Assembly: GCF_025526975.1 (NCBI RefSeq)
Contig: NW_026515675.1
Coordinates: forward strand, 496,001 to 560,000
Direction: 5' to 3'
DNA: 64,000 nt
Origin: Fimicolochytrium jonesii
Taxonomy: Eukaryota
Part shown: positions 24,923-38,683 of the stretch, in pieces
Layout of the letters: each line of letters starts with the position of its first letter
How positions within the stretch are numbered: the first letter of the stretch is position 1
Notes under the pieces: generated by a model
Told to the model about the DNA's origin: nothing
What the model saw: the letters and a program-made list of their open reading frames with translations, nothing else
Databases searched by the model: none
Translations under genes and position numbers: made by a program

Positions 24923-26404
24923 ATGAACGATGTGGATAGTATGGGCTCGACGAACGGCGTCAGTGGGTTCGGAGACGTGGGCACGGACTTGTCGCTTGCT
25001 CTTCCAACGGACTGGCCGGAGGAGTTCCTGGGGTTTCGGAGCTTAGACGACTCCTTTCGATGTTCGATATGCAAGGACTTTTATCGAGTATGTTTTTCCG
25101 ACTTTTGAGTGAAGTTTCATTGACAAACGCTGACACTATGTCTTGTCTCATAGGCTGCCATGTCCCTACCGTGCTCGCATACTTTCTGTTCGCTATGCAT
25201 TCGACATCACTTGACAGTCCAGTCGGAGTGCCCGACTTGCAGGATACAGGTCCAGGGTGTCGCTGACATGCGGCCAAACAAAGGTGGGAGGCACTTGCGG
25301 CATATGCAGGAACGATATGTAGCCGACCTGATCTAGAACGTGGCCGGCCGCTTCTTTTCAGCATTGGACGACTGCGTTGCACATTTTAAACTGTGCCGCT
25401 CCGCACATCTGAAGAAGCTGACTGACTTACTGCAAAATCGCGGCACAGCCTCCGTTGCGTGCGGGCCATCCGCGGATATCGCACCTGAATCAACGATATC
25501 ACCGCATTTCACGCAGTCGACGAGGCATGACACTGTACCGGAATCGAGCAGGAGTCAAGCGGCAGGGGAGGCGCGTCATAGTACGAGAATGCAGACGCGT
25601 CGGTTCGCGCAATACGGTTCGAATGGGGATAGTTCTAAACCTGTGGAAGCGGCTGACCGTCCGCTGGAGAACCCACAGGAGAGGCTTCAGTCTTTGCAAC
25701 CACAAGGTACAGTTGTCTGCTAGCTTTGACCCGACGAAGCTGGCCTTTGAGTCTCAACACCAATCTCCCACGTAGGCGAAGCTGCGGTGACATGTCCATT
25801 ATGTCAGAAACAGACCAAAGCGAAGGATATAGACCGCCATATGGATTCCGCATGTACATACGTATCGCAATGGACCGTTACAGGCGTTGATCGCAGCGTT
25901 GGCGGTTTCTCGCCTCAATCAACCCACACGTAAGTGTTTCTCTCGTTGAGTTCCATGATCCTTCATTTGTGGAATTAGTCCTAACGGCATTTGTCTCCTA
26001 GCAGCAAACGAGCAACAACGACAATAAGGCGCTCAAAAGCATCAGTCCCATACGCTCTCTACAACGACACTAAACTCCGCAAACTCCTTAAAGACGAAGG
26101 CCTCACCACCACCGGCGACCGGCAAACGCTCATCAAACGGCACACTGAGTGGGTCAAACGCTACAACGCCAACATCGACGAAGGCAACCCAAAAAGTACG
26201 AAAGACATTCTGCGGGACTTGAAGGACTGGGAACGGACGAGCACCATCGCACAGCCGGCGCCGTTTACGAGCACGGCAGGACACGAGGAGACAAGGCAGA
26301 CGGAGGCGGAACGGATGAATCACGCGATGAAGTATCAGCATCATTACGAGGATATGATTGAGAATTTGAGGAAGCGGAAGCGGGAGGGGACGCAGACAGG
26401 TTAG
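24923..26404 (+). CDS. RAD18: Post-replication repair E3 ubiquitin ligase
   Basis: RING RCSICKDFYR|AAMSLPCSHTFCSLCIR..ECPTC, UBZ CPLC..IDRHMDSAC, SAP-like YNDTKLRKLLKDEGLTTTGDRQTLIKRH..YNANID; four introns. Confidence 0.92.
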
Positions 26405-27296
26405 AGATTCGGCGACCGTGGTGTGATGAGCTAGCTGTCTTTCGCTTATGAACGTATAGGAGAGGGCTTATCTGGCGTACTTATCGTTGCTCGCTTCTCT
26501 GCTCTGCAGGTGGACGCCCACCAGACCCGCCGGTTGCTGTGAGAGACGAGGACACGTAGGCTGGGAGAAACTATGTGAGGCTGTCTGAACCATATATATA
26601 GGCCAACACATCCCTTCCTTTCCTCGTCGTCGCGTTGTATAGATTGAGTTTGCCTGTGAATGGCGTATGGCATAACTCCGCCTCTAGAATTTTGGGTACT
26701 TACAATAAACCTTGCAACCACAATCATTTGGACGGATTGATATTCGCATGTTGATGGTTATATTAGCACTGGACGGTCAGTTCCTGTTGCCGGACGTTGC
26801 TGCTCGCCCACATCGGACGAAGTCAGCGACTCGCCTCTCGCTAACGTTTCCCGCCAGATCCATTTAGACAGCAGTCGTCAGTCGAACACATCAAACAGTA
26901 AGCCAGGGACATGATGAATAGGGTATTGCTTTTCCATTTTGAACGCTCACACCAAAGGTTTACACGAAAGGTATCACATGTCGTTATAGACATGTTTTTC
27001 TAAACTGCTAAAAGTTCCGATTTCCTTCCCTCCCGCTGCTCTCATTCCCGTCCCTCTCGGATATAGTGTCCATGCAGAGGAGTTGGAGACAAGAGCTGGG
27101 CCCTTTCCCTGACATGTTGCGCCCTCGAAGGTTAGAAGGAAGGGAATTAAGTTATAAAATGTGGGTTTTTCGTGGTTTATGTTCCCCTTTCCTTCGACTC
27201 TTGGCAACCCGGGAAAATAAAACGCCTTTCTACAAAGAATGAAGTCCTTTCTGTACAGACGCCGGAATATGTCGATCGTTCAGATAAAATGGGTCC

Positions 27297-29089
27297 TCAA
27301 AGCTCTTCATCGGAGAGTTCGTCGAAAGGAATCGCATTCTTTTCGAACCATTCTTGGACGACGGTCGACGCTTTGGCAAACTTGCGACCGGAGTACTTCT
27401 TGATGAGCGCTTCGTGCTTTCGCTGACGGCCAAGGTAGCTTTGGATCAATCGGACCGGACGATCGAGTTCCTCTTCAGTGTATCCGGAGTAGTGAACGAA
27501 GTTCTTGTCCTGCGAATAAAGGAGAGACACTCAGAATCAAAGAGTGTAGCCTTCCGCGTTGAACAGTACAAAACGTACCCAATCACCGCGGTTCAGGACT
27601 TTGCGCGCAACCAACATGGCAGCCGAAGCAGTCATAGAAGGTCGGATGGATAGGAAGCGGTGGTCAACCAGAGAGATTTCCATAAGGAACTTGGCCACCG
27701 TGCGAGTCTCGACTTCGTAGTTGTCGGCCTTGGAGATGCGACGCAAGAAACTCATGGGTCCAGGGTACTGAAGGTCAAAGTCCAAGACTTGAAGTACGTA
27801 TCGCTCGGCACGCAAAAGATCGTCTTCGACAACACCACCGTCGCCCATGTAGATGAAGTTTGCAACGGTAGGAGGGATGACCTCTTCATACTTGGATGCA
27901 ATGAAGAGCGCAGCGATGCCGACGAGTTGAAGTTTGGTAATGGAGACGACGCGCGCACTGAGAAAGCGATCGATGATGTTGATAGCCAAGTACAAGGTTT
28001 CGGGCAGAAGGCGGAACTTGTTGTGGACTTCAATGAGCCAGTCAACGAGGATGCCGCGCATGGTCCAGTGAAGCTCCTGTTGTTGCTCCATATAGTTGGC
28101 GTTCGGCATTGTGCCAATCTGCAAGGGATAATTATCTCTGTGAGAACGGGGCATATTCACCGATAGGAAACATAGGACAATCTACCTCGAGCTTCTTCAG
28201 GTGCTCGAAGATCTCGGGTACATATTCAGCGACCATCATCGGGTCTTCGGCTTCATCGGCGTCCATGTCCCTCCAGGAGCGCTCCACAATCTTGGCCTTC
28301 TTGCCGGCGGGCACGCCATCAGGAGCGTCGTCGATGACGTGCTTGGGAACGACGGCGTTGGAAGGTTTGGCTAGGTTCTCTTTCTTAGCTTCCTGCTCAG
28401 TAGCGGCGCTGGATGCAGACGAGTTCGGCTTGGTGGTCCTGCGAACGGCGGCAGTCTTTGTGCGTTGCTCAGGCTCAGCGACCGAGGGTTCGACCTTGGC
28501 AGGGACGTCCTTGGCTGGCGCAAGGGCTGGCCTTTTCTGAGCGACAACTCGAAGAGGACGCTTTGCAGGCTGAGCTTTCTCGTCCTTGACCGGCGCAGGC
28601 GCTTCAGTAGCGGCTTGAGCTGCTTGGGCTGCGGCGGCCTTTTCCTGCTTTGCCTGTTGTCGTTTCTGCACGCGTAAGGTTGAGTACAGGTTCAATCATG
28701 GAGCCCACTTTCATGCTCAGAACTACTTACAATGGCTTGGTTGGGCCCACGCTCTCCCAACGCGTTGCGCCTAGCAGCAGCGGGTTGAACGGCAGCAGTC
28801 TTCTTCACAGCAGTGACCTTGGTAGGGATCGCGGAATCACCTAATGCAGCTTTAGCTTTGACGCCGGCTCTGGCAGTAGGTTGAGCACTGTTTTCATCGT
28901 GCACTCCCGTCGTCTTGAGGGCAGCCGCCCGGCTGCGCGTGGTGCGCTGCATATGAAGAAAAGAGAGGAGGATATGAGACTTTGTGTCCGAAAAAGTCCG
29001 AAAACGGTAGAATGCACTGGAGACAGATTCACAAGAAGCCAACCACAAACAACCCCGGATCAACCAGTGCTTACCTGTGGCTGCATCAT
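27297..29089 (-). CDS. B-type mitotic cyclin
   Basis: D-box RNALGERGPN; DPMMVAEYVPEIFEHL; cyclin box MRGILVDWLIEVHNKFRLLPETLYLAINIIDRFLS, IASKYEE, FLRRISKAD; first micro-exon MMQPQ. Confidence 0.95.
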
Positions 29090-30203
29090 ATTTGCTACTT
29101 GACGATGTAGTTCACTCTCAAATATCTATAGCTGTGAAGAAGGGTAGACGCGTAAAGATGGTAAGCAAGTGCGCAGAATAAAGCAGGATGCCCGCAGACG
29201 AAGAAAGACGGAGCAGAAAGCCCTGAGCAAGCACCAGAATCCTGATTGCCGTGAATACGTGAAGAAATCGCGCCTTACCTGGATGTCCGGCTGGATGGTC
29301 GAAGGGGTCCGGAAAGCGGAGTGCGAACCAAAAGTGACGACGAGGCCGTTCGCGTCTAAACAACATGAGTGAGCAAGGTGTGTCTTTCGCTGTGCTGTAC
29401 CGCACGAATATACTGTACCTTGTCGTGACGCTGTGGGCTCGGTCGTTGGCGACTTGAGAGATGGGGACCGGGTGGTGATTGTCGTACGGCGAGAGCGAAC
29501 GCGTTGTGAATGGTGAGAGGCAAGGTCGTCCTGTAACTGTGCCGAAGCGAGCTTCTTACTCTCTGGTACGGGTGGGCCCAGGCCAGCGCTCGCGGAAGGA
29601 GGAGGGATAGCGTTGCTGGATGAAAGCACGAGCAGGGCCAGATTGCGTTATGGGGAAGTCAAGATGGGGAAGAGAAAGCGAAAGGGTTTTGCAGCCAAGT
29701 TTGCGTTTCTTTTGAAGAGGTCGCCGCACTGTGTTATAGCTGTTATCTATCGCGCGTTCGATTGCGTCCTTCTGGGCCTCGCTTCATCAATCGGACACGA
29801 AGGCAGCATTATTAGGGCAAGGTTTATCATTTTTAAGGATTCGGACAACAGTGCGCTAATCAAAAAGGGCCAAAACACGCGGTCTATATTAGACAACTGC
29901 GTCTCACTCCTGTCAACGGAATATAAGAACGTCTAATCAAAGGGCGAGCTTCTGGAACAGCAGCTTCTTGTCTGACTGCGTGTAAACGCGTCCGACAGAC
30001 GCTTGAAATTTCAAAGTCGAAAAAGTGCTGAATCAAGTTTTGCGACATGGGCAAAGGTTGAAACACCCAATTTCACTCATAGAGCAGAGCATAAGACCAG
30101 CATACCGAATAGGATAGGCAGCACTTCGGCAGAGTCTCTGATTAGTCGATAGGTCATCTTCACTGCGGGAACAGTCGGTTATCCGAGGTATCCTTACGTT
30201 GCA

Positions 30204-32759
30204 ATGTCAGAAATGGGTTTTGCCTTGCCGGGCCTTCCAGCGTCCCGTATGGCAAGTCAAAGTAGCAAGGAAGATAAGGCCGAAAGGAGTTCTCAAGGGG
30301 AGGCTGTATCAGAGACACAATTCGCCATACCTGACTTGCCAGCGTCCGCCCTTCGAAAAACTGAAGTCGAAAATGTGGTTTCCAGCCCGTCCGAGTTTGA
30401 GGAGGAGACATCTCCACCTCAAGCCAGATCAGGACCACCGCCGAAATATCCACCTTTACAGTACGAAACACCGGAGTGGTCCAGTGCCCCAGGGGAAGAG
30501 CGATACTTTGAGGTGCGACAGAGAGCTCTTGGCAGTGTAGTTCGGGTGGAAGTACCGGAAGAGGTTTGACCAAACGCAATATATAGGTTCTGAAGAACGG
30601 CCAGATCCTATCGAAAAGTGGAGCCATCACGAAGGCATTTCTGATTGTGGGAAGATTACCGATATGTGACATCGAATTGGAGCATGCGGTCAGTGTGCAG
30701 ACCATCAGAGCAGAGTTGGGGTGGATCCTGAGTGATGAGACACTCAAACCATCTGGTTCTAGAGCATATCACGATATCATGCTATCATACAATTCAAGCT
30801 GGATGGTACGGAAGTGCGTAGGGATGGTTGAGTTGCGGGATACATGGGCACATTCAGTGGGTCTGACAGGGTGGAGCATGTGTAGGTTCGGCGTACGTCT
30901 ACGATCTCGGGAGTACACATGGCACATTTGTGAACAAGGTAGGGATGGCGCGTTCGGATCCTCAATGACGATAGCGTACTCATATGTTAAGAACATGCAG
31001 AAAGAGGTTCCAAAACGAACATACGAACCCCTGCGAATAGGAGGTACGGTCACTCATGCTTGCGAGCTTGACATATCGGCAGCTGACGCGATGGTTCGTC
31101 TCCAATAGACATGCTAAGGTTTGGAGCCAGCTCGCGCATCTATATTCTAAATGGTACGGCGCCAGAGGAGCTGGAGGAGGACGAGGAGACAGCCGCTCCA
31201 CCACAGCGCTTGTTCTCTAGACCGCCGCCGCCGCCGGCCATCAAATCGGAAGTCACCTGGTAAGTAAGCGGCGTCTGCAAACGACCAATAGCCCTAAATG
31301 CATACCCACTTACAATTTTGATCAGGGGCTTTGGAGAAGACGCCGTAGAAGACGAAAACGAAGAAGAGCACCAGGACATGGATCTCCCGGACACCGAAAC
31401 ACCAGTAGACGAGTCGGCATACTATCATTCCGATCCGCGCAAAGCACTCCGTATCTGGCTCGAAGGTCGTGGCGCAGATATGATCTTCCAGATGGAGGAA
31501 GAAGGCCCGGGGCATAATCGCGCGTACACAGCAAAGATCGAGCTGCCGGTTGAGACGGAGTATGGAACTCCTCTGCAGGCGGTTGGATTGGGTCATCGGA
31601 AACGGGCAGCCGAAAACGACGCCGCTTTGAATGCTTGTGTCATGTTGGATAAGAGAGGGCTGTTGAGGGGTGGACGGTCGGAGCAGGTTCAAAAAGGTAG
31701 GCGCATACGGAAGATAAGTTTCTCAGAGGATGAAAGTCATAAGACTTTCCATTCTTTTGCAGAGCGAAAGAGAAGAAAGGAAGTATTCGGCGACGACGAT
31801 GACGACGATGATGCATTTTATGATCGGACTTCTAAATGTAAGCAGCAAAGGACCACCATATACAGGACTTGTCGTTCACTTATGCTCATGCCCTTTGTCG
31901 TTAGCGTCAACCACACGAAAGGCAAAGGCAGCGGCCGGCGAAAGCGCACCGGAGACCTTCGAATCCCTGTCGAAGAAACGTGAGGAAAAGATGCTCGAGA
32001 TTCAAGCTATTCAGGCCGAGATTGATCGTAACGATAATGATGGAGGTGAGTTATCCCAAGACGTAACGCCAAACTATAAGAAATGGACGCGGAGCTAATG
32101 TACTTTTCCCTGCAGAAACGCAAGAAGAAGATGAGATCGACGAGTTTATGAGTTCTCTCCGCCGGAAGGAGGCACAACAAGCGAAGGATGCCCTACGAAG
32201 GAAAATCCCGCCATTACGAAAGGAACTCGATCGGCTTGATAAACTCATTAAACTAGTCGCGCCGACGGGTGCCGCGATTCCTCTCCCAATTCCGCTCTCA
32301 CAACCACGGACAGAGGCCGAAGACGATAGCGCGTATGGATTGAAGGTACCGGCAAAGGTTTTAAAGAAGGTTTCTGAGCCTTCAAGGAAGCGGCAACGAT
32401 CACCGGAACGAGAGCCGCCGAAAGCGCATCCGTTAGCACAGCTGCTTCAGGAATCCACTGCTGACACCGTAGTTGGAGACTCGACGGTGAAAACTGGCAA
32501 ATCATCGAAAAGTAAGGGCCCGGACGCAACACAAGCAGACCCGAGCCCATTGGCAACACCTGAAGAGGACGAACTGGTGGATCCGCCCGCTGCCGCAGAA
32601 GCGAAAGCGAAGCGGACACGGCGAACCTACGGTGTCATGACGGCTTCTCAAGCCAAGGCGCACGACTCGGTGGAGACGGAGGCGATGGTCGATTCGCTGC
32701 TTGGTGACAAGGAGGACAAAGAAGCCGTAGCGAAAATGAACGCCCAGTATGGGTATTGA
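30204..32759 (+). CDS. SLC4A1AP: Kanadaptin-like FHA + dsRBD protein
   Basis: YETPEWS, VLKNG, FHA GRLPICDIELEHA|SISRYHAIIQ..DLGSTHGTFVN..FGASSRIYIL, WGFGEDA, DPRKALRIW..ACVMLD, DDAFYDRT, C-terminal MNAQYGY*; multiple introns. Confidence 0.9.
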
Positions 32760-33241
32760 CACAAACGCCAACCGCGTGTGCGATGAGATGCGGCGGTACA
32801 TGGAGGATTTTTAGTGGGTAGCTTTGGATACGTAGAGCTTCGCAGTTTTTATTAGTTTACACCTTTCTTCATGGAAGTATCCTGGCCTGGGCTTCTTAAA
32901 CTGCCTGCTCCTCTAATGTACAGTTACATATATGCTCATGGGGAAACCATGTCCCCAAGGAATCATGCGCACCGTGTGTTCATGGCTCCGTCTTTTTGGC
33001 TTCGATGAAGGTTGTGCTGTGCAGTCTGTGCAATTGTCACGTTGCCCGCACATGTCACATCTTGACGCGTGCCCGCTTTAAGGCTTTTTCCCGCGGTAAA
33101 TTATTCGTTGTCCAACTCCTGCCTAAAACAGTCGGCCAGTGGGGGAATAAACTGATGAGCCTGCATGCTGCAGCCGAAACTCCCTTTTCCTCGTCTCATA
33201 CCCCTCAATTCCCGGCCGGAAGTGGACAAGTTCCTGACGCT

Positions 33242-34108
33242 ATGGCCAACACCCAGCTCAGTTTCGGGAGCTTCTTCACCAGCAACAAAACCATCGATGT
33301 CGGGCTAGAAGGCTACTGGGGCCCCGTCACGTCAACCCTCGACTGGTGTGAGGAGAACTACATCGTCAACTACTACCTGGCAGAATACTGGAACTCGCTT
33401 TCCAACCTAGTCTACATAGTCCTGCCGCTGGTCGGCCTTCGGTCGTGCGTCGCTCTCGAAGCTGAGCCGCGGTACTACCTCAGCTATGTAGCGCTGATGC
33501 TTGTTGGCGTGGGCAGCTTCCTGTTTCATGGGACGCTCACGTTTTTCACGCAACTGCTGGACGAAGTGCCGATGATGGCCGCGACGTGCATATTCCTCTA
33601 CGCCCATATGCAAATGTTCAACAAAAAGACCTCTTATGCCGCCATCACCGCTCTGGCGCTGACCTTCTTCGTCACCAGCGGCTCGTACATCATACTGAAG
33701 ACACCCATCGTCTTTCAAATGAGCTTCATTACTCTCGCTGCCCTGCAACTCGCCGTGGCAGTCAACAACATTGGAATATTGCGTCTGACCGACAAGCCAG
33801 CGGCGAACACCGTTTCGAGGATCGCGACCGCTAGCGTGACGGCGATGGTCGTGGCATTTGTGGTGTGGAATCTGGATCAGGCACATTGTGGGACGTTGCA
33901 GGAGAAGCGAAGGGAGATTGGGTACCCGTTCCGTGTGGGGTTGGAGTTGCATGCGTTGTGGCATCTGTTTTCTGGATATGGAGGCTATGCGGCGGTCGTG
34001 GGGAGCCAATACTGTAGACTGAAGGTGCTGGGCCGCTCGGACGTTCGGGTAGCTTTGCGGGGATGGATCTTACCGGTGATTGCATTGAACAAATCTAAGA
34101 CGGCATGA
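33242..34108 (+). CDS. Alkaline ceramidase (ACER3/Ypc1/Ydc1 family)
   Basis: GYWGPVTSTLDWCEENY, AEYWNSLSN, GSFLFHGTL, QLLDEVPM, WNLD, HALWH; intronless. Confidence 0.95.
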   Translation: MANTQLSFGSFFTSNKTIDVGLEGYWGPVTSTLDWCEENYIVNYYLAEYWNSLSNLVYIVLPLVGLRSCVALEAEPRYYLSYVALMLVGVGSFLFHGTLTFFTQLLDEVPMMAATCIFLYAHMQMFNKKTSYAAITALALTFFVTSGSYIILKTPIVFQMSFITLAALQLAVAVNNIGILRLTDKPAANTVSRIATASVTAMVVAFVVWNLDQAHCGTLQEKRREIGYPFRVGLELHALWHLFSGYGGYAAVVGSQYCRLKVLGRSDVRVALRGWILPVIALNKSKTA

Positions 34109-34541
34109 TAGACGCTTATGGGCTTCCTCATCGAAGGCCGACGGCGGCGAAGGCGTACGAGTAGTGATAGACGTTAGACCCTGGGTAGATACATTAGGAT
34201 TTGCACTTTGACGCTGGACCTGTACTGGCATTGTACTCGTGTTTTGTAAGGAGTTCACCTCGGTCTTGCAATAGATGTAGAGGCTATGGAACATACAATC
34301 AGCGACCTGCATGCTTCCTTAGCATTGATAGCTTATCCTGTGTGCAGCATGTACGATCAGAGGCAGCTTTGTCGAGGACAGAAACAAATGCAGCGTGGTG
34401 AAGATGTGGCGCTGGCCCGTATCATATTCTGAACCCGCAGCATATGCTGTACATTGATTGCAACTGAACATTGCTGAAGCGCGGCAACAGTCGCTCCAGA
34501 CATGTCTGGTCCCTATCCAATACTCCAAAAGCTCAGTCTCC

Positions 34542-35373
34542 TCATGGCTCAGGTAAATGCTCCTGAACCAGCCCTTCGACCCTCTCCCACACTTCCTCTC
34601 CAAAAATGCTTATTATCCTTTCTCTGTGGTCCTCGACCTCGTGAGCAGGTATCTTTCTCTCGCCCGGGTTGATAGCGCCGTCGCGGGTCCATCTTGTGCT
34701 GAACCTGAGTTTGCGGATGCCGTTTGTGAGAAAGCACTCTCGCGAACCAGATCCCTATGGGGCATACTGTACATCGCACTTTTCCTCACCTCTTCTTCGG
34801 CCAATCCCGCAACACCACCAATCCAGACGGCATCACCAGCAGCTGCCAGTACGTCTGTGACGGGGACGGCGCGGTGATCCTCGTCTCAAACAATGCATCA
34901 GGATCCGCCTCCAACGACTGCGTTGACACGCCTCGCGATGCCGTAGTGAGCCGGTTCCCGCCATCGTCGCCATCCCCACCGCCCTCATCCACGTTCAGCT
35001 GCTCGTCACTGCGGAATGCTTTCGTGGGCGCCGGGGTGTTCAGAAAGTCATCATCGCCAGCCGAGTCCGAAAGGTCGTCTAGTTGACTCGTACTACCAGT
35101 CGTGGCTTTGATTTTGCTTTTCTTGCCATTTTGAGCATTGGGGTTGATACCAGACTGCTGTGACTGAGACTCCCGTAAGCCGACTGCATATCGGCTGGGT
35201 TGAACTGCTGGGCCGGATACTTGTTTAGCAGGGTCCGGTACCGTTGATGGTGCGACATTGACAGTGCGGCGAGGGGTGGTGGAGGAAGGTGGTTGTGTGT
35301 TGGGTGCGGAAGGGCGGAGTTGGTGGGATTGTGGAGTGGTCGCCGAGCGAGGAGCTGAAGCTGTGTTTGCCAT
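34542..35373 (-). CDS. Hypothetical protein (disordered N-terminus, small folded C-terminal domain)
   Basis: Exons 35373-34790 and 34704-34542 joined by GT-AG intron 34705-34789 give 249 codons ending ...YWQLLVMPSGLVVLRDWPKKRFSTRW...IISIFGEEVWERVEGLVQEHLPEP*. Confidence 0.6.
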
Positions 35374-35781
35374 TGAGTAGGCTGTTAGGGAATCGTGGTT
35401 TCGCTGAAAAATATGGGCAAGTTTTCTCCGTCCGGGCGCTGCAGGTTGAGAAACGAGGCTTTTCCAGTTCAACTCCGAACGCTGTTATTTTGCGCGAGAC
35501 GCGCTTGCCGAACGCTGACGTCTCATTATGGCATTTTGTACTGGGAACGGGCTTGCTCTGAGACTAAAAAAAGCATGTAAAGCTTAGGCAACAAGCAGGG
35601 GCTAACTATGGACATTCAGTGCGCCACCCCAGAGACAGCGCCTGCGAGGCCTGCGGGTCTAGACAGTACTGGGACAAGCAAAAATCTTAGAACCTGTCTG
35701 GTCGCCAAATTCCACTCAACAAAATCATCCTCAGCATTGCCGTGAGAACTTCCATCCCCCCCAGCGACCTAGTCTACAGAT

Positions 35782-37815
35782 ATGAGTACTCAGCTCTCTG
35801 AACGCGACAAGAAGAAGCGTGACGAAGCCAACGTCAAGATTCTGCAGGAGTTGCTGACGCTTCCGGATAATCAATGCTGCGCGGATTGCAACGAGCGCGG
35901 GCCAAGATGGGCGTCAACGAACCATGGTGTATTCTTATGTAAGTTCGCTCGTTGGGAATATATGTGCCCGCACATAAAATGACACTTGATGTCGGTGGAT
36001 TTCAAAGGCATCCGATGCGGAGGTCTTCATAGGAAGTTAGGAACGCACATATCCAAAATCAAGTCCATTACGCTGGATTCATGGACGCCAGAGCAGATCA
36101 CGGTATGTCTTTCCTCCACTGTCCTTCATATCGGACTGCATGTAGCTAAACGGTCGATGTTGTTTTGAACAATGATCAGCACATGAAAGAATGGGGAAAC
36201 AGGAAGGCAAATGAGAAGCTCCTCGCGGGTGGAGCTCCTCCGGCACCGGCGCACAGTGACCAGGAGATGGAGCAGTATATTCGGAACAAGTATGAGAAGC
36301 GAAACTTTGAAACCAGCGGGGGCGCGGTATGTAGTGGGAGCACAGATGCAAGCCCTTTGTGACGCACTCAGCTGACGCCTTTCATCATAGAACCAAAGTG
36401 TCAACATGAACCTCTCCCGCGATGCCAACACATACGCCAGCCAGTTGCGCACCTTGCAGGGCATGGGCTTCACAGATCAGATCGGAAACCTTGGCGCTTT
36501 GAAACGTGCCAATGGAAACATGGACAAAACGGTCGAGTATCTCCTTGCGAAGCAGTCTAGTTCCTCTCCCTCCGGATCCGCATCCCAGCCTAGCCGGGAT
36601 ACCTCGCGTTCGACTACTTCGGCCCCGGCGCCTCGACAGCAAGCGCAGACGCAGCCTGGGGGAAGATCCCCCGCCATGCAGGCCGCGCTCAAGGCGCTGG
36701 AGGCCATGGGCTTCCACAACGAGGATGAGAACATCCAGGCCCTCGCCGCGTCGAATGGGCAGGTTGAGACTGCGGCGAACAAGCTGCTTGATCTCAAGAA
36801 CCGCCGTGGCCCGTCGCAGCCGTCTGCAAACTCGGCCAGCAATGCTCAGCCGGTCATTCCGCCTCGGAATGATTCGTCGACTCCCAATCAGTTTGTTCTG
36901 GAACCTCCATCGTCGTCGAAAAGGGCTGTTGCTAATCGTCAGCAAGCCGCTGGCGACTTCCAGACGGCGAATGCAGCAACTCAGCAGGCCGCGCCCTCGA
37001 ACGACCCGTTCGGAGGCTTTGGTGCGGATCTCTTCGCCCCACCAGTTGCTGCTGACCAGCAACAGCAGCAAGCTCAGCAAGGATTTTCGCAATCCTCAGC
37101 TAGTCTGATCCCGCCGCCCTCTGGGACCAACCTGGCGCCTCAGCAACCCAAAGGTGTCGCGAAAGACAGCATCATGTCCTTGTTCAATCAACCCGTGCAG
37201 AATCAACAAGGCATGTTTGGGGGTATGGGGCAGCAAATGGGAGGCTTTGGCGGAAACGTCGGGTACGGTAACCCGATGCAGGGCGGTTTCCAAGGTGCTC
37301 AAGGTGGGCAGTTCAACAACTATGGCGGAGGGCCCCCGCAGCAGAGCCAGCAGCAGGTGTTTCAGAACCAGTTCCAGCAACAACAGCAGGCTGTAAGGGC
37401 TGGTAACAATCCGTTCGCTCCCCAGCAGCAGCAACAGCAGTGGGGACAACAGCAACAGTTCCAACAGCAGCCGCAACAGCAACAGTTTGGGTACCACGGT
37501 CAGTTCCAGCCTCAACAACAGCAACAATTGTACGCATATGGTCCAGGTCAGGGACAGGTGAGCTCGGCGTTTCTTTCTCTGCTGCTTCACGTGTCGAAGA
37601 TAATGCTTACATCAATATCCCATCACCAGGCTATACCGCGTACAGCACACGATCTGCCTTTCGGTGCTTCTTCCCAACAACAGCAGCAGCCGTTGCAAGC
37701 TCAGAAGCCGCAGCAGCCGGATCCTTTCGCGGATCTAGGACCGTCTTTCAACAATAACGCTGTAACGCAAGGACAAGCACCTAACCGCAATCAAGCCCAG
37801 AATTCGTTCTTTTAG
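35782..37815 (+). CDS. ArfGAP with two UBA domains and a Q/G-rich endocytic tail (Gts1/Ucp3/SMAP-like)
   Basis: [51 protein letters not shown]; two MGF-type UBA repeats; DPF/DLF/NPF motifs; CAG/CAA poly-Q tracts about 37340-37530. Confidence 0.92.
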
Positions 37816-38683
37816 ATGGGTCGGGCTATTTGTATGGGGCGTCTCTGGCTCTCCATTTTTTGGGAGATTTGTATACCAACTTTTGCAAATCCGTTCATGG
37901 TCTCGGTCAATAGAAAAGGCGATGATCGGGGTTACCGACCATCCGTTTACGCGAAGTGTCACTCCTACGGCTGCGAGGCTTTCCCTGACCCATTTCTTAA
38001 CGACGCCCAAAAGTAACTTGTGTTCAACGGCCTGGGGTTTTTGATACATCTGGGCACCACGAACGCCTGGCTGCAAGGTCAACCAGGAGAACCACGGCGG
38101 GCTTCTACAAAGCTGTCCAACTCCTCACCTCAGGAACTTACTAATTAGGGACTGACATTTAGGAACTTCACGGGACTGACAATTCCATGAAGCAGCTGGC
38201 AAGGAAAAATGGAGAAAGCGTAATCGGCGTACTGAGTTAGTTTGGCGTCTCCTTGCATCGTCATTGTCTTGACACCCCTGGTTACTTCCGCCGATAAAGT
38301 AGCATGGTCTCGTAGAGTAGCTGTTGTCTACATCTCGACATGGTCGTTCAGTTTTGGAGAAGGTCTGAAATTGAATGAACTCCGTGAAGTGAAGCGGACC
38401 AAGCGGTTGCCCGAGGTCGCCAACTTTTATCTGGCAATTAACGAAATTAAATCGATCACTCTGCACATAATTCATGATTAAGCCGACTTATCATTGCCAT
38501 TAAGGTTTTATCTCGGCTCCAATCCGACTCCAATCTGGACTCCAATACAGCCGGCGCTCGACGTGTGGAGGGCGCAACCATACTGCCTCGACCTGCAAGC
38601 TTTTCACTCCACTCCACAACCCATTTCGGTAGCCGACAGTTCTCTCTCCCTCCGACGATCTCTTATATAAAAAGTTGCGAAAC

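Noticed and set aside
38132..38184. Imperfect duplication AGGAACTT..GGGACTGACA
   Set aside because: Only two short units; not a CRISPR-like array and no associated genes
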